Below, in pieces: positions 48,988 to 63,072 of a stretch of DNA of 64,000 bases. The number at the start of each line of letters is the position of its first letter. The first letter of the stretch is position 1. The position numbers and the translations under genes are program-made. Source of the DNA: Camelus dromedarius (taxonomy: Eukaryota); the NCBI RefSeq assembly GCF_036321535.1, contig NC_087436.1, positions 75,146,001 through 75,210,000 on the forward strand. Direction: 5' to 3'. The notes beneath the pieces were generated by a model, which was not told where the DNA came from, made no database searches, and worked only from the letters and a program-made list of their open reading frames with translations.

Positions 48988-51900
48988 GTAAGGGAGAATT
49001 TTCTTTACAATTTCAGTATGCTATCAACAACTTTCTAATATGTATGTTTAGTTAGAAAACAAATCTGCTAATATCTGTGTAGAATAAATAATACGTCCTG
49101 GTATTTGAGTTTTATATTATCTAAGAACATGTGGGTTTGATTCTTTTTCCTTTGGCATTAATGTTGGTGATTTAATATAATTTGAAATCCTATTTTATAA
49201 TGCCAATTCTTTAAATTTAGGCCATAGTCTACTTTTAAATTACTGGGACATAGTACTCACTAGGTATGTTATCATCATACTATTCCGTACCTCTTTATCA
49301 ATATAGTACGTATGCTCATTTATGTCAGCAGTCAGCATATATACATGAGTGCTTACAGTGTGTGGCTCTGTAGTTATTTCCCTTAAGCAGCTTTCCCTTC
49401 TGGGTATTTCCCCCCTTATGAAACCTAGTAAGAGAATTAAGTTTGCTCCATAAATAGCCTTGTTATAAAGTATGAAGTGTTATATGATAAATTTACAGGG
49501 CACTGTAGATGTTCAATAGAGGAGGGGTTTACATGGTGGGGAAATCAGAGAAGGCATCCTGAAGGAGGTAACATTTAAACTGTACCATGAATAATTTGAT
49601 GAGTGGATTAAGGGGAGTATAATTTTAAGTAGAAAGAATCTGTTAATCATATACACTGAAGTAAAGTCAGAAATTATAGGCCCCATTCCAGAAATATCAG
49701 TTAGTTCTCTTTGGCTCTAGTGAATGGTACTTCTATGTTGAAATGAGAGAATATGTTAGGTAGATTGATACCATATTGAGCAAGATCTTGGAAAAAGGTC
49801 CTAAAGATCTTGTACTTTTATTCTATATTCAGCAAGAATCTCTTAGAAATTTTTAAGGTGGGAAATTCTTTAGAGCTTTGATCTAGCAAAAGTTTGTAAG
49901 ATGTATTGGCATGAATCAAAACTAGAGATCAGGAGACCAGTTCAGGTACAATCGCCAGAGACTAATAAAGATAATGTTTAAACTAAAGTCTTCGTAATGA
50001 GACTGAAGTGAAGAGGACAGTTGTCAAAAATAATAGGACTTTGCACTAAGTAGTTAGGAGTGGACAGGTTGAGAGGGAGAAAGGGAAGTATCAAATGATG
50101 CTGAGATTAAGCCTAGGCATTTCCTAATAAACTGATACCATTTATGGAAGCAGGGAGTAGATTTGGGAGGAAAAGTAAGTCCATTTGGAGACACAGTTTC
50201 TTTTAGATGGAGCTGGATATCTGCTGTAGATAGATGTTATTTCAAATAAAGTTTTATAGTGTAAATAGAGCAAATATTTTAACACTGTTTTAGTAGATTA
50301 GTCTTCAAATTTTAACTCTAGTTAAACTAAAAAACATCCTGCTAAAATTCATACATGATAGCCACTAACGCTCATCTGAATTATAGATCATGTTCTATAC
50401 TGTAAACAAATTCAAACGTACCCTCCAATTCTTTTGCGGTACTAGAGTTTTGTTTATTTTTAGTAGTCTGCATTGAATAACACATCCTTATGGGATATTG
50501 GACCGAGGTTTGGCACTTTTTATTAGGCACTTGCATTATAGTAGTATTTGTTTTCATGGAATCAGACTTACATTCTTTCCCAAGTAAGACCTGAAATTGA
50601 ACATTATTTAAAAAAATTAAACCAGAATTGCAATTAAATTTGAAAATAATTCTCATAATTTTTTTTGTAATTAAAGTCAAGCTCAACAAAACCAAAAAAT
50701 ACTAAATATAGTCAATTAAAACTGAAACTGAATACTGAATATATCTGTTTTTAGCTAGTGCCTTGCTTTGCATGGTGAACTGGTTTTTCACAGAAACTAA
50801 TTTTGTCACCTTTGTTACTTTATCCATTCTTTGTAACTCTCTTGGCCTCAATTTTCTTTAGTGTTGAGATGTTTTTATCACCGTTTTTACTGCAAAATTT
50901 GGGATTATTATTTTTAGTCTGAAAGGTTTTCAAATAACTTACTTCTTTGTTTCAGATAAGAAAAATTTCCCTTTAAAATGTTTATTTTTATTAGTGGGCT
51001 TTATTTCTACTTTCATAATGAATCATAGCATCTGTATTCCATGGTCAAGTTACCTAGGTATGTTTCCTCCTCCATTTGCTTAACAAAGCGTCTTGGAAAA
51101 ACAGACAGGCCTTCCTCCTCTATAACTTTTTCTTTTCACCCCAACATGATCTGTTCAACAGCACTGGCAAAAAACATTTGTGTTCTTTAAACATGAAGAC
51201 AAAGGATTAACCTGTCAAAAATGTTAAAACAGAACACACCAGATATGTGTTAGAACAAATGAAACTTGTATTATGCATTTTCAGAGCTTATTCAGATTCT
51301 TGTTTAGGAACATTTGATTCCCCTTATAGCCGACAAGAGACGTAAGGGTAAAATAGAAATTACGTTTTGAGCAAATGGATGGAATTAAAAAACAAACAAG
51401 CCCCTGCAGCTGAGCTCATTAGTTTCCCATTTTGTCTTACATTTTGTTTTTCTAATGGGAGTGGGTGTAACCATCTTGGCTGGATTGAATGTGCATATTT
51501 TGCAGCATGTTTAGTTTTATTTGTTTTAATTACTTACGTAACTATAGGCAAGTTCTCTATTTTTCAAATGCACATTTGGCTTGTTTTCTTAGTATTTCTT
51601 TTTTATCTCATTAAAAAAGGACATTTGAAACTTGCTTTTAACAATTTCTTGGAAAAAACTGGGCTTTATTTTGCTTTGTCAACTAGCTTTTTTCCCCCCA
51701 AAATAAATGCCCTCTGAATTCTTTCATCTCTAATATGTATTTTGATTTTTTTTATTTTCTTTATTCCCAATCTTATTATTTAGCACTTACTAAACAAAAA
51801 ATGCTGATATGAAAAATATCTTGGCTTAATGGAATCAATTTTCTATTAGGCATATTAACCCATAGTAGGTACTACGGCATATGTGGAAATAATTGAATTT

Positions 51901-53122
51901 CTTTTAACCATACCAAGTTATTGGCAGGTAGGCAGGAAAGGGACATGATTAGAAAATTAGACCCACTGATGTGCATTCCTCTGAACACACAAGCTCTTGG
52001 AACTGGACATCAGTGTTCCAGTTGGAGTCTTGTCAGTAGGATATTCCAGCAGACTTGTCCAAAGAGTATTCACACCTATTGAGTAGGCCGCTGTTTTCTT
52101 TAAGGAAGTTGGTGTTGTATCATATTTGAGAGTAATGAATATACAATTACTGAAATCTAATGTGAATGATTTTTAATTAATGGATCGACATGCTGAACTT
52201 CAGAGTATTGCTTGCATTATTGAAACAATTAGAATTCTTTGGTTATATAGAGAAAAAATGAATGCTAAAACATAGGGAATTTTTGCAGGGTAACTAATTT
52301 GAGGTTTCCCTCAATTCTCCCCACCCGCCCCTCCATCCATTAGTTTAAAAACTATTTCTGTGTGAAAGGCTCCAGTGATGATTAGGTATGATTATAACTA
52401 TTATAGATGAGTTATTGGTGTATTACAGCTGGTTCTCTTACTCCCCTTCATTTCCTTTACTCCAGCCATAGTGGCTTCCTTGCCCTTCCCCATAAGCACT
52501 AAGTGTTCTTCCTTCTCAGGTCTTTGGAATCATTGCACTGTCTGTAGTGCTCTTTGCTTATTTGCCCGACTCACGTTCTCATTCATATATTACCTAAACA
52601 GAGCCTGCTGTGACCATCCTGTATAAAATACTAACCTCTACTTCCCATTCACTGGATTTCTTACTATGGTGTTTTTATATTCTTTTTAGGGCTTATCACT
52701 TCTGGCATCTTACATTTTTTATTTGTGGATTTGTGTTCAATTCCTCCTATTAGAGTAAATGCATCTTTGGTTTTGTGTACTAATATATTCTCATGACCAA
52801 GAATACTATCTGATACAACTACCTCAACAAATATTTGTATCATGAATGCACATTTACTGCAGCATTCAGTTGACAGAAGATATGGATTACATACTGAAAC
52901 TAAAGAATGGATTATCTACAATTTATAGATTTTTTTGGATTAGAATAATTCTACTTATAGTTATGTGCCAACCCTTGAGTGTGATGGCTATGAACAAGAC
53001 AAAGTCCTTAATGTCTTGGAGTTAATGGTTTCATTTTCTACACTAGACAAACTGGTTTACTGAGCATTGAATTTTAATTTAATTAACTCAGATTTCTCTA
53101 GTTAAAGAAATAAACCAAACCA

Positions 53123-53361
53123 AAACACATAACCTTGGCTCTCTCTTGCTTCCTGAGATGGCCCACACTCTGTGGAGTGGGTATCTACTTTTACTTTAAC
53201 CACCCCTACACCTTGTGGCCAATCTCACTTTCCTAGATCACCCTGTGCTGTGGGGCTGCCTCTCTCCCTCTCTTTCTTTTGCTTCTTGAGAAGGCCCCCA
53301 TTCTTATCTATGGAGTGTGTATGTCCCTGAATAAATCTACTTTTACTCAAAGAAAAAAAAA
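53123..53361 (+). mobile_element. Polyadenylated LTR-like retrocopy with TSD
   Basis: AATAAA at 53330-53335, A tract from 53349, flanking direct repeat AAACCAAACCA (53112-53122 / 53362-53372). Confidence 0.6.
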
Positions 53362-55039
53362 AAACCAAACCACAAAACGTTCATTTGATTCAGCTATCGT
53401 TTATAGCTATGATCTTAGTTCTTTCCATTGTTTCATACCAGGGTTTTCAAGCAGGTCGTCTTTAGTGGTTAGATCTCTCCATTTCCTTACCAAGTGTTAC
53501 TCTTCCTTACATCCTTCTCCCATACTTCAGCCAAAAAATGTTGCTTTTGGTAATAATCACTGATCTTTCTTTTGTCACACTTAAAGACCTATTTCTAGTT
53601 TTCTCTGTTTCTTAAAACTTTCTTTTACACTGTGCAATCTTAACTCACCTTTTGTCTTCCCTGGCTTCTTACATCCTTCTTGCTTTATGCCTGCCGTGTG
53701 CCAGGTAAAGAAGAAAAGAGAAGGTACATCAGGATGAAATACCTCATTATATAGTTTAGTAAAGGTTATGTTCATTACAAAAATTGAATAGAGAGAATTA
53801 AGGGAAGAGAAAGGAAAAAGAGTAGAAAAGTAGAAAAATGTGAAAGCACAGAGAAAAGAGAAAATAGAGAAAGAGGAGAGCAATTACATAGCAATAAGGG
53901 ATAGCAAAGCCCTCAAGAGAGTGGTGAAGATTTAACACTGCACTATGTTGAAAAGCAGAATAGAACAGTGGCTAACAAAGGCCACTTTCTATCTTGACTT
54001 TATAACTTAATTATGACCTTTAACAAATTTTTGAACATTTTTGTGCCTCTTTCTATTCAACCACAAACTGGGTTTCATGGTAACATCTTCTCATAGTGTT
54101 TTTGTTATAATGTATGCAAGAGCTTGGTTCTGGCTGGGTACATAACAAGTACGAGCCTCTAATACTGAGTCCCTACAATTCCTAAACTAGCTATTTGTTC
54201 TCCGTAATTTTTTCTTTTTTTCCATTATTTTTATAATTACTTTAGAATTTACTCTTTTTCACATGTTCATATATAATTTCTACCATTGTAACTCATTTAT
54301 TGAGTAAGCAGATAATTATTGAGTGCCTAGTATGTGCCAGGCAGTATACTTATTACTGAGGATTAAAAGATAAAAAGATAATTTCCATCTTTAAGGAGAT
54401 GCAAATTGAGAGATGAGAGATGAAAACAGACTGCTCTAAAATATAGAAAGTATGCTAGTGGAAGATGTGCAGAGTGCATAGGGGAATGTGGGATACTTTG
54501 TAGAATCAGATTATATACAGAAGGTAGCAGTTAAGTTGAGAGTTTAAGCATGAGTAGGCATTTTCTTTCCTGACATGCATGGGGAGAACATTCCAGGTGG
54601 AGGAAATGACCTATACTAATGTAGAAAAGTATGAAATGGCAAGTAGTCTTCAGGAAATTGTAAGTAGCTTTCTATTTTTTGGTATATAAAGTGTTATCAG
54701 ATAGGCTAGTGGAGTTAAGAGTAATAGGCTGGGGCCAGATCATGGAGGGCTTTGCGTGCCATACCATGGAGATTAGACTTTTGTCCTCCATGTAGATAGG
54801 AGCTACTGAAAAGTATTGCTCAGAAGAATGATACAAGATTTGCTTATTAGAATGACTTTAAGGAGTGATGTAAGTGTGACACTGAGCAGTGACAATGAAG
54901 ACAGAAGAAGAAGTCTGTTGTGGGATATTGAGGAGGTAGAATTAGCAGGAGTTATTGATTAGATGTGGAAGGTAAGGAAGAGGGAGGAATCTAGAATGAT
55001 TCCCTAATTTCTGTCTTGAGTAGCCCAGTGAATATTGTT

Positions 55040-58000
55040 TAAAGATAGATACACAGGAGATGAAGCACATTTGGATATGACAGTAATATCACAGTGAGAT
55101 GAGGTGGGGGGGATGGAGTTAGGCACAAATCTATTGTTTTCTGGAAGTAAGTATTAAGATGAAGTAGGTTGTAATAAATAAATGTGCACATTGTAATCTC
55201 TAGAACGAGTAAAAACGTACACAAAAAGAGATAGAGCTTAAAACTAAATAGAGGAATAAAACTGATATACTAAAATTTTTCGTTTAAAACAAAAGAAGGC
55301 AGTATAGAAGAACAGAGGAACAAATGAGATGACACAAACAGAAAACACATAACAAAATAAAGACCTAAATCCAGCCACATCATTAGTTGGCTTAATAGGA
55401 AATTGAATAAACACTTCAACCAAAAGGCAGAGATTCTAAGATGATGAAAAAACAATCCAATTATATGCTGTCAACAGGAGACACACTTGATATTCAAACA
55501 TACAAATAGGCTGAAAATAAAATGAAGAGTAAAGATATACCTTGAGAACAATAAGCATTAGAGAATTGGGTTGGCTATTTTAATACCAGACAAAATAGAT
55601 TTTAAGACAAGAAATTTACTAGAGAAAAAGGTGGATATTCTATCTTACTAAAAGGACATGCTTATCTAAAAAAAGAGCCACAAAATAAGTGAAGCAAAAA
55701 CTGACAGAATTGAAAGGAGAAATAGACTAATCATGAAGTCCAGTTGGAGATTTTAATATTCTTCTCTTAATCACTGACAGAACATGTATGTAGATAATCA
55801 ATAAGGATATAAAAGACTTGAACAGTACTGTCAGTCAGCTTGGCTTTACTGCTAGCTGTAGAACATGTCACTTAACAATAGAAAGTGTTCGGTGCACACT
55901 TTTGAAGTATGCATGGAGCATTCAGGTTAGATCGTTTGCTAGGCTATAACACAGGTCTTAATGAATTTAAAAGGATTGAAATCATACAGAGTATGTTTCC
56001 TAATCATAACAGTTAAGTCAGAAATCAGTAACCAAAATAAATATGAGAAATCTTCAAATACATTAAAATTAAACAGTCCATTTCTTAGTAATCCATAGAT
56101 CAAAGAGGAAATTACAAGAGAAATTAGAGAATGTTTTGAATTGAACGCCAATGAAACACATGTCAAAACTAGTGGGGTGTAGCTAAAGCAGTACTTATAT
56201 GAAAATTTATAGCTTTAAAGGCTAAATTAGAATAGAAAAATTTAAGATCGTTGTTCTAAACTTTTACCTCTTAAGAACCTAGAAAAAAGGAAGCAAATCA
56301 AACCCAAAGTAAGTAGAAGGAAGAAAATAATAAATATCAGAATGGAAGTAAATGAAATAGAAAAAGGAAAAGAACAGAGAAAAGTAATGAAAGGAAAACT
56401 AGTTTATTGAAAAAATCAATAAAATTGATAAAACTTTAAATGGACTGATTTAAAAAAAAAGGACATAGATTATCAAGATCAGGAATGAAAGAGGACATCA
56501 GTACATATCCTATAGACATTAAAAGATAATAAGGTAATATTGTGAACAACTTTTGCCAATGAATATGACAGTTTATATGAAATGGACAAATATCTTGAAA
56601 GACAAAAATTACTTAAAGTGTCTAGAATAAATTGAAAATCTCAATAGATCTGTATCAAGTAAAGAAATTGAATTAGTCATTTACAGCTTCCTACAATGAA
56701 AAGCTCAGGCTCATGTGATTTCTTACTGGTGAATTCTATCCAACATTTAAGGCAGATATAATAGGAATCCTTCACAACTTCTTTAGAGAATAGTGGGGAA
56801 GGAACATTTACCAGCTCATTAATGAGCTTGACATTACCCTGATATTAAAGCTAGACAGCGGCAACACAAGAAAGCTACAGACCAATATTCATGAGAATAG
56901 AAGCAAAAATCTTTAATAAAATATTAGCAGATTGAATAGCAGTATGTATGTGTGCATGTGTAAGTGTATGTATGTAAATTTTAGTACACATTAAGGAGAT
57001 TTAGTCCAAGAATACAAAGTTGATTTAACATCTGAACATCAGTTAGTATATCATGTTAATAGAGTAAAGAGTAAACACCTTAAGATCATCTCAGTAGATG
57101 CAGAGAAAGCATTTCAGAAAACACCTATCCATGATGAGAACTTTCAGAATACTAGGACTTGAAGTGAACTTCCTCAGCTTAACAAAGTGCTTTTATGAAA
57201 AATCAACAGCTAGTATTCTTAATGATGAGATCATTAAGACTGAATGCTTTTCTACTTAAGGCAAAGATCTCTGCCCTCACTATTTATATTCAGTATTGTA
57301 GCAGGTCAGAGAAATAAAGGGCATAGATATGGGAAAGGAAGAAATAAAAACTTTTTTTATTCTTAGAAGATATGATCCTGAGATATTCTAGTGAGTGAAT
57401 TCTCATAAATGAATTACAGGATACAAGATCAGGATACAAGTTCAACATACAAAATCAGCTGAATTTCTATGTACTAGCAATAGATAAATCAAAATGAAAT
57501 TTATAAAACACTTCCATTCACAAGAGCATAAAAACAAGTAAAATACTTATGAATAAATACAGCGAAAGATGTGTAAGGCTTTTTAGAGAGAACTACTTAA
57601 TGTTGCTGAAAGTTTAAGGAATACCTAAGCAAATAAAGGATATACCATGGCTGTGGATTTGAAGTACAATATTGTTAAGATGGAATTCTTTCCACAGTTT
57701 TCTGTAGATTTAATGTAATCCCAATGAAACTCCCAGAAGCCTTACAATTTTTTTTTTAATTTAGAAATGGACAAGCTTATTCTAATATTTAAATGGTGAG
57801 ATAAAGCACCTGGCATAGAAAAATGGTTTTAAAAAGGAAGACCAAAGTTATTTAAGCAAAGTTGCATTACCTGATTTAAGACTTTACTATAGAGCTACAG
57901 TAATCAAGACAGTGTGGTATGGCATAGGGATAAAATATATAAAGGTTGAACATCGAGAATTCAGAAATGGACCCAAACCAACTGGTTTTTGACAAAAGTA

Positions 58001-58545
58001 CCAGAATTATATGAGTAAATAATTCTTTTTTTTTTTTTTTCAATAAATGGTACTGAAATAGCTAGGTATCCCTTCCCTCACATCAAACACAAAAATTAAT
58101 TCAAAATAGGTCATAGATCTAACTGTAAGGGCTAAAGCCATGAAATTTTAGAAGAAAAATTTCTAGGAGAATATCTTTATTGCCTTGGATTAGGCAAAGA
58201 TTTCTTAGCACACAAAAAGTATGAGCCATCAAAGAATAAGCTGCTAAATTGGACTTTATGAAAATTAAAAACTTTCATCATGAGAAGACACCACTAAGAA
58301 AATGGAATGATAAGCTGCAGATTGGGGGAAAATATTTGGCACACGTATATCTAACAAAGGACTTGTATCAGAATATATGAAGAACTCTTATAACCCAATA
58401 AGAAGATTATTAACCTAATTTTCCAAAAAGGGGATAAAAGAATTGAACAGGCACTTTACAAAAGAAGATAATACAATTGACCATTAAGCACATGAAGTGA
58501 TGCTCAACATCTTGGTCTTTAGGGCAATGCAAATTCACATCAAAA
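55040..58545 (+). mobile_element. Old ~3.5-kb L1 (spacer + most of ORF2, decayed) nested in an antisense L2 (~54290-55035 and ~58900-59700)
   Basis: Collinear L1 ORF2 landmarks: CAGGAGACACAC, CCAGACAAAATAGATTTTAAGACAA, GTTGGAGATTTTAAT, GATCATCTCAGTAGATGCAGAGAAAGCATTT, GCTACAGTAATCAAGACAGTGTGGTAT, GCAATGCAAATT. No long ORF remains. Confidence 0.9.
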
Positions 58546-60739
58546 AGATTTGGTTAGAAAGAGGGAGATAGGAAAAGGAATATGTAAGGTCAAAGGAAGG
58601 AGGTTTTGTTTGATTGTTTTAGGATGGATCTGGCTTTAAAAGTCAAGTCCAGTCATTGTCCCCAATCCATCACTTTTTTCCGGTGTCTCATTTCCAACTG
58701 TATACAGTATTCAGTATTCCGTCGGCACCCTCACTTCAGTACGTGTTAATGCAAAACTATTTCTTTCCTTCTTAAGTCCTGTTCTTTCCCACTTCATTAT
58801 CATTACAACAGCACTATGGTATCAGATTCAAAATTATAACATCATTTATTTGTTCATTCTTTGAGCAAACAAACATCTGTCATATTGTACACCTTAGTAA
58901 TTACCTACCTACATCTGGGTGGAGATATTAAGTAGGTTGTTGGAGATCATGAGAGAGCTTGTGGCTAGAGATACAAATTTGGCAGTTATCAGTGGATAAA
59001 TGGTGTTTAAAGCAATATGTCTGGATGAGATCACTTGCTGGGGAGTGTGTATGGATCCAAAAAAAAGAAGTCAAATGACTGAACCCGTAGGGAGTTTAAC
59101 TTTTAGAAATCAGCTAAGTGAGAGTGGCTCAGCCAACAAGAATAGAATGGATCAGGCAGTGAGAGGAGTGTTTGAGGACAAATCAAGATATGGTAGGAAG
59201 AGGAAAAATATATTTTGTGAACTACTGTTGGTACGTCAAGTCAGAGGAACACTGAGAAATTATTGCTGGATTTACCAGTGTGAAGGTCACTGATGTCCTT
59301 GACAAGATTCTTGTCAGTGGAGTAATAGGGATGATAACCTGATTGAAGTAGGTCTGAGAGAAAATGGAAGAAGAGGAAGCAGAGACAGAAATGATAGCTT
59401 TTTCTTGAAAACTTATGTTCTTAAAAGAGTATTGGATGTCACTGGAAGGCAATATGAAGTCATAGTCTTGTTTTATTTTAAGATGGGGGATTTTATAGCA
59501 AGTTTATGAGTCGATGATGATGATGTAAGAAAGCAGGGAAAGTAGACAGTGTAGTGGAGAGTGGGGGGAGTGGTGCCCCTGGATAGGTTGGGAGGAATGG
59601 GATCCAGTGCTCAAATGAAGAGGCATGGCCTTTAGTAAGAACATAGACAGTTCCTCCATATGACAGGAAGGAAAGCCACATTGTGGGTGTAGATTCAGGT
59701 CAGTCAGCAGGTAATTCTTGAGTTTCTATTGTGTCCAAGGCACTATTCTTAAGAAAACATAACTTTAAAAATATATCTAAATTAAAGAAGTTAAAATAGA
59801 GATATAGATGGTTTAATGAGGTGCCTGTTTTTTGTACATCATTGCTAGAAACTTGTTTATTATTATACTATCTGTCATGTTTACCACTTGTTATACTACA
59901 ATGTGATACTAAAAACCCTCAGTGTTTTTTCAGTAGTTTTTGTATGCACATCCCTTTTCTCCCAGTTTGATTGTATGCTCCTTGTGGATAATTGCTTTCA
60001 TTTATAGCTGAAGTGCTCCATTTGATCCATTTGAACCACTCCTCAGGTGATCCTTAGTGTGCTGTACTCTCGATGCAATAAGATTTTCACACTGACTTAT
60101 GGGAAGAATTGCTGGAGACAGTGGGAGTTGTGTGTCTTCCGTGGGACTTTCCTTACTATATTTCTTACCCTTAAAATAAATCACATTTTCTATGTACAAA
60201 ATTGAAGATTTTTTCAGTTTTCAGTTATGGTATTATGGAATATTAGGAATATATATTTTTATGTGTTAAATTTGAGTTAAAATGTTAATGACTAAAGATG
60301 AGAAAGGTATAGTTTATGTTTGGAGTCTCTTGCATGGTCCTTTGAAAATTCTTAGTTTTTACCTTGATTCCTTTTTTCTACTTTCTATATTCAGTGGCAT
60401 CTTTTTTCCCCACCCTAATGGAGGAGAAAGTAAATTAGAAAACAGTAAAGTTTCAGTTTTTAACTCTTTTTTCATGCCAGCTTCTGTAACCTTTTGTACA
60501 GTAATGATTTGCCTCCAGACTGTATCATTCACTGAGATATTTCTACTGTTAAATCTTGCTACTTTTCTAGTTCCTTCCCTTTATGGTAAGGGAGGTCAGG
60601 TGAATTTCATGCAAAGGTAAGTAAAAAGTTCTTTGAAGATTTTAAGACTCCACTGTTAGCTTTTACTATGGGTTATTTTGTGTTTTATTTTGTCATCCAT
60701 ATTTCTAAAGTATGATAAGCATCATCATTGTATACACTT

Positions 60740-61265
60740 ACTTATTACCGTGCAACATTAATATGACAAATTTGGTGGGTTAAAATAGCACACATTTACT
60801 GTCTCAGCTTCTGTGTGTCAGGAATGTGTGTACAGCTAAGCTAGATTTTCTGCTTCAGGGTCTTGTCAAGCTCTAGTCAGGGTGTCAACTGGGGCTGTGG
60901 TTTTATGTGAAACTTGACTGGGGAAGGATCCAATTCCAGATTTATGTGGCTTTTTGGCAGAATCCAGTTCCTTGAAGGTTTCTGGACTGAGGGTCTTAGT
61001 TTCTTGACCCATGGCCCTCTCCATTTGTCACCTCATTACATTGTAGCTTGCTTCTTCAAGGCCAATAGGAAGAGATGCCTCCAAGACAGCTTTGTGTAAT
61101 GTAGTCATGCCTCCATTGCAGCTTTGTGTAATGTAGTCATGTATATGTAATCATCCTGTCTTGCGTAGAAGCGTGTTTCAGGTCTCATCCACACTCAAGG
61201 GAAAGGGATCACACAAGGACATGAACATCAGGAAATAGGCCACCCTAAAGTCTCTCTGCCACAAT
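60740..61265. mobile_element. MLT1 (MaLR) LTR about 100 bp upstream of exon 7
   Basis: TAAAATAGCACACATTTACTGTCTCAGCTTCTGTG...GGCAGAATCCAGTTCCTTG...CACACTCAAGGG. Confidence 0.8.
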
Positions 61266-61368
61266 TCATTGTTATATCTTAACTTGAGGTGAATGCTTCT
61301 CTTATTCAGTATTTTTGCCACTTGTTTAGATGTAATGATAACTTTGGATTTTCTATTTTTCTAACCAG

Positions 61369-61475
61369 ATTCCGTTGGCCGGGACATCCCCAAAATGCTT
61401 GAATTATTTAAAAATGGACATGAAATTAAGGTAGATGAAGAAAGGGAGAACTTTCTGGAGACCAAAATAGCAACA
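61369..61475 (+). CDS. MRPL1: MRPL1 coding exon 7
   Basis: Acceptor ttttctatttttctaaccAG, donor ACA|GTAAGT; 107 nt; (N)[35 protein letters not shown]. Confidence 0.96.
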
Positions 61476-62129
61476 GTAAGTGATAGTGAAAATTATTCAG
61501 TGACCCCTTTTCTTTTTTTCTAAAGTGATTCACTGATAGTTTATAATATACCAGTCCTTTGAACTTGTTCTTATCACTAGCATTAGGAGTGGCACTAAAT
61601 ATATACATAGATAATTTTTTTTATAGATTGAACTCATAAATTTTAATGGTGCTGTAGAATTCCTTTCCAGAGTTATGTGCCACTCACTGACATTTACTTG
61701 TAGTTTCCCTTATTTATCTATTCTATGAATGTTATTTTTGCTCTTTAATGTTTTAAGCGTTTTGAGAGTAGAACTTAGATCTTATATATCTTGTGTAGAA
61801 TATTGCATAATGCTGAGTCCATAGCAGGTATTAAATACTATAATGGAATTGACAAGTTTGGTTTATTTTACTGAATTGTTTTTGATTATCCCTGTCTGTG
61901 TTTGAAAACTGTTTGCTCTCTTACAGAAGATGCTGGAAATCAATTTCCAGAGCCATTTTTAGGACACTAATATAGATATGTCAGATTTTTATAAATTGTG
62001 TTTTTTACTTATAAAAATACATACTTATTTGCTAATATTTCTTAATACTACAGAATCTCTAGCATACCTATTTATGTAATTTTTTCTTGTGCAGTAACTA
62101 TAGGGATAATAATAATATTAACAAAATTT

Positions 62130-62350
62130 AAACAGTGCCTACCAATTGCCAGGCACTATTCTAAACAATTTGCATGTATTGTGTCTTTTAATCCACAACC
62201 CTATGAGAGATAAATTATCATCCCTATTTTATAGATGAAGGAATGGAAGCCCAGAAAGTTTAAATAATTTTTCCAAAGTCTCACAGCTAGTGTGAGGCAC
62301 GCTAGGTATTTGAACCTTGGGAGTCTCCTCCCTGTGCCATCTTGCCTAAT
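62130..62350 (-). mobile_element. MIR SINE
   Basis: TGCCAGGCACTATTCTAA...CACAACCCTATGAG...TTTTATAGATGAAG...CACAGCTAG. Confidence 0.8.
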
Positions 62351-62824
62351 GACTGGACTTACTCGAGTAGCTGTTACTCCTCCTCCCATTCTACTCTGAA
62401 GGAATTCTGCATTATAGCCAACAGCTAGTGGTCCAAGCTAATTAAGCTGTGCCCACTGTAGATCATCAGAAATATAAAAAAGATACTTAGCTAGTTTTAT
62501 AGAAGGGAAACTTACTTTAGAAAGGGGGCAAAGCAAGTTTAATCCAGTCAGGAATTGGGAAATCCTTCAGTACAAACATCATTATCATCAAAGCTTAGCT
62601 CTAATTCATTTGGCATTGAGCTCTGCTGGAATCTGATGTTGGAATTTCCTTGTTCCCAAAAGGCTCTTGGCAGTGCTTCTCTTTTCTTAGGGATGACATT
62701 TTAATGTAAAAAACAAACAAAAAACCAAATACAAATTTTAAGAGAATATTCTGGAGCTATAGAGACTTGGGCTTGAATATCTATTTGGCTGCTTAAAGAA
62801 TGGCAGATTTTAAATAATTTTCCT

Positions 62825-63072
62825 TTTGTTTTTTCATTTAGTTTTCAAATTGAAGTATAGTTGTTGTATAGTATTATATGTTACTATACCGTAGGTATAA
62901 TGTAGGTATACGATGTAGTGATTCACAATTGTTAAAGGCTGTACTCCATTTATAGTTATTATAAAAATGTTGGCTATATTCCCCGTGTTGTACAAATATG
63001 CTCTTGTAGCTTATTTTATACATAATAGGTTGTACCTCTTAGTCCCCTACTCCTATGTTACCCCTTCCCCCT
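62825..63072 (-). mobile_element. L1 3'-end fragment nested in a MIR
   Basis: ATTGAAGTATAGTTG...GTTATTATAAAATGTTGGCTATATTCCCCGTGTTGTACA; homologous to the fragment at ~7985-8070. Confidence 0.8.

Larger units (their letters stand above)
19824..61475 (+). other. MRPL1: MRPL1 gene span, coding exons 1-7 (3'-incomplete in this window)
   Basis: The spliced translation [60 protein letters not shown]...[25 protein letters not shown]...[26 protein letters not shown]...[14 protein letters not shown]...[33 protein letters not shown] matches recalled mammalian MRPL1. Exons of 31+112+259+84+72+112+107 = 777 nt give 259 codons with consistent phases. About 66 aa are missing relative to the ~325-aa human protein. 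Confidence 0.97.

Noticed and set aside
57417..57440. CAGGATACAAG twice at 13-bp spacing
   Set aside because: Ordinary slippage duplication inside a decayed L1.
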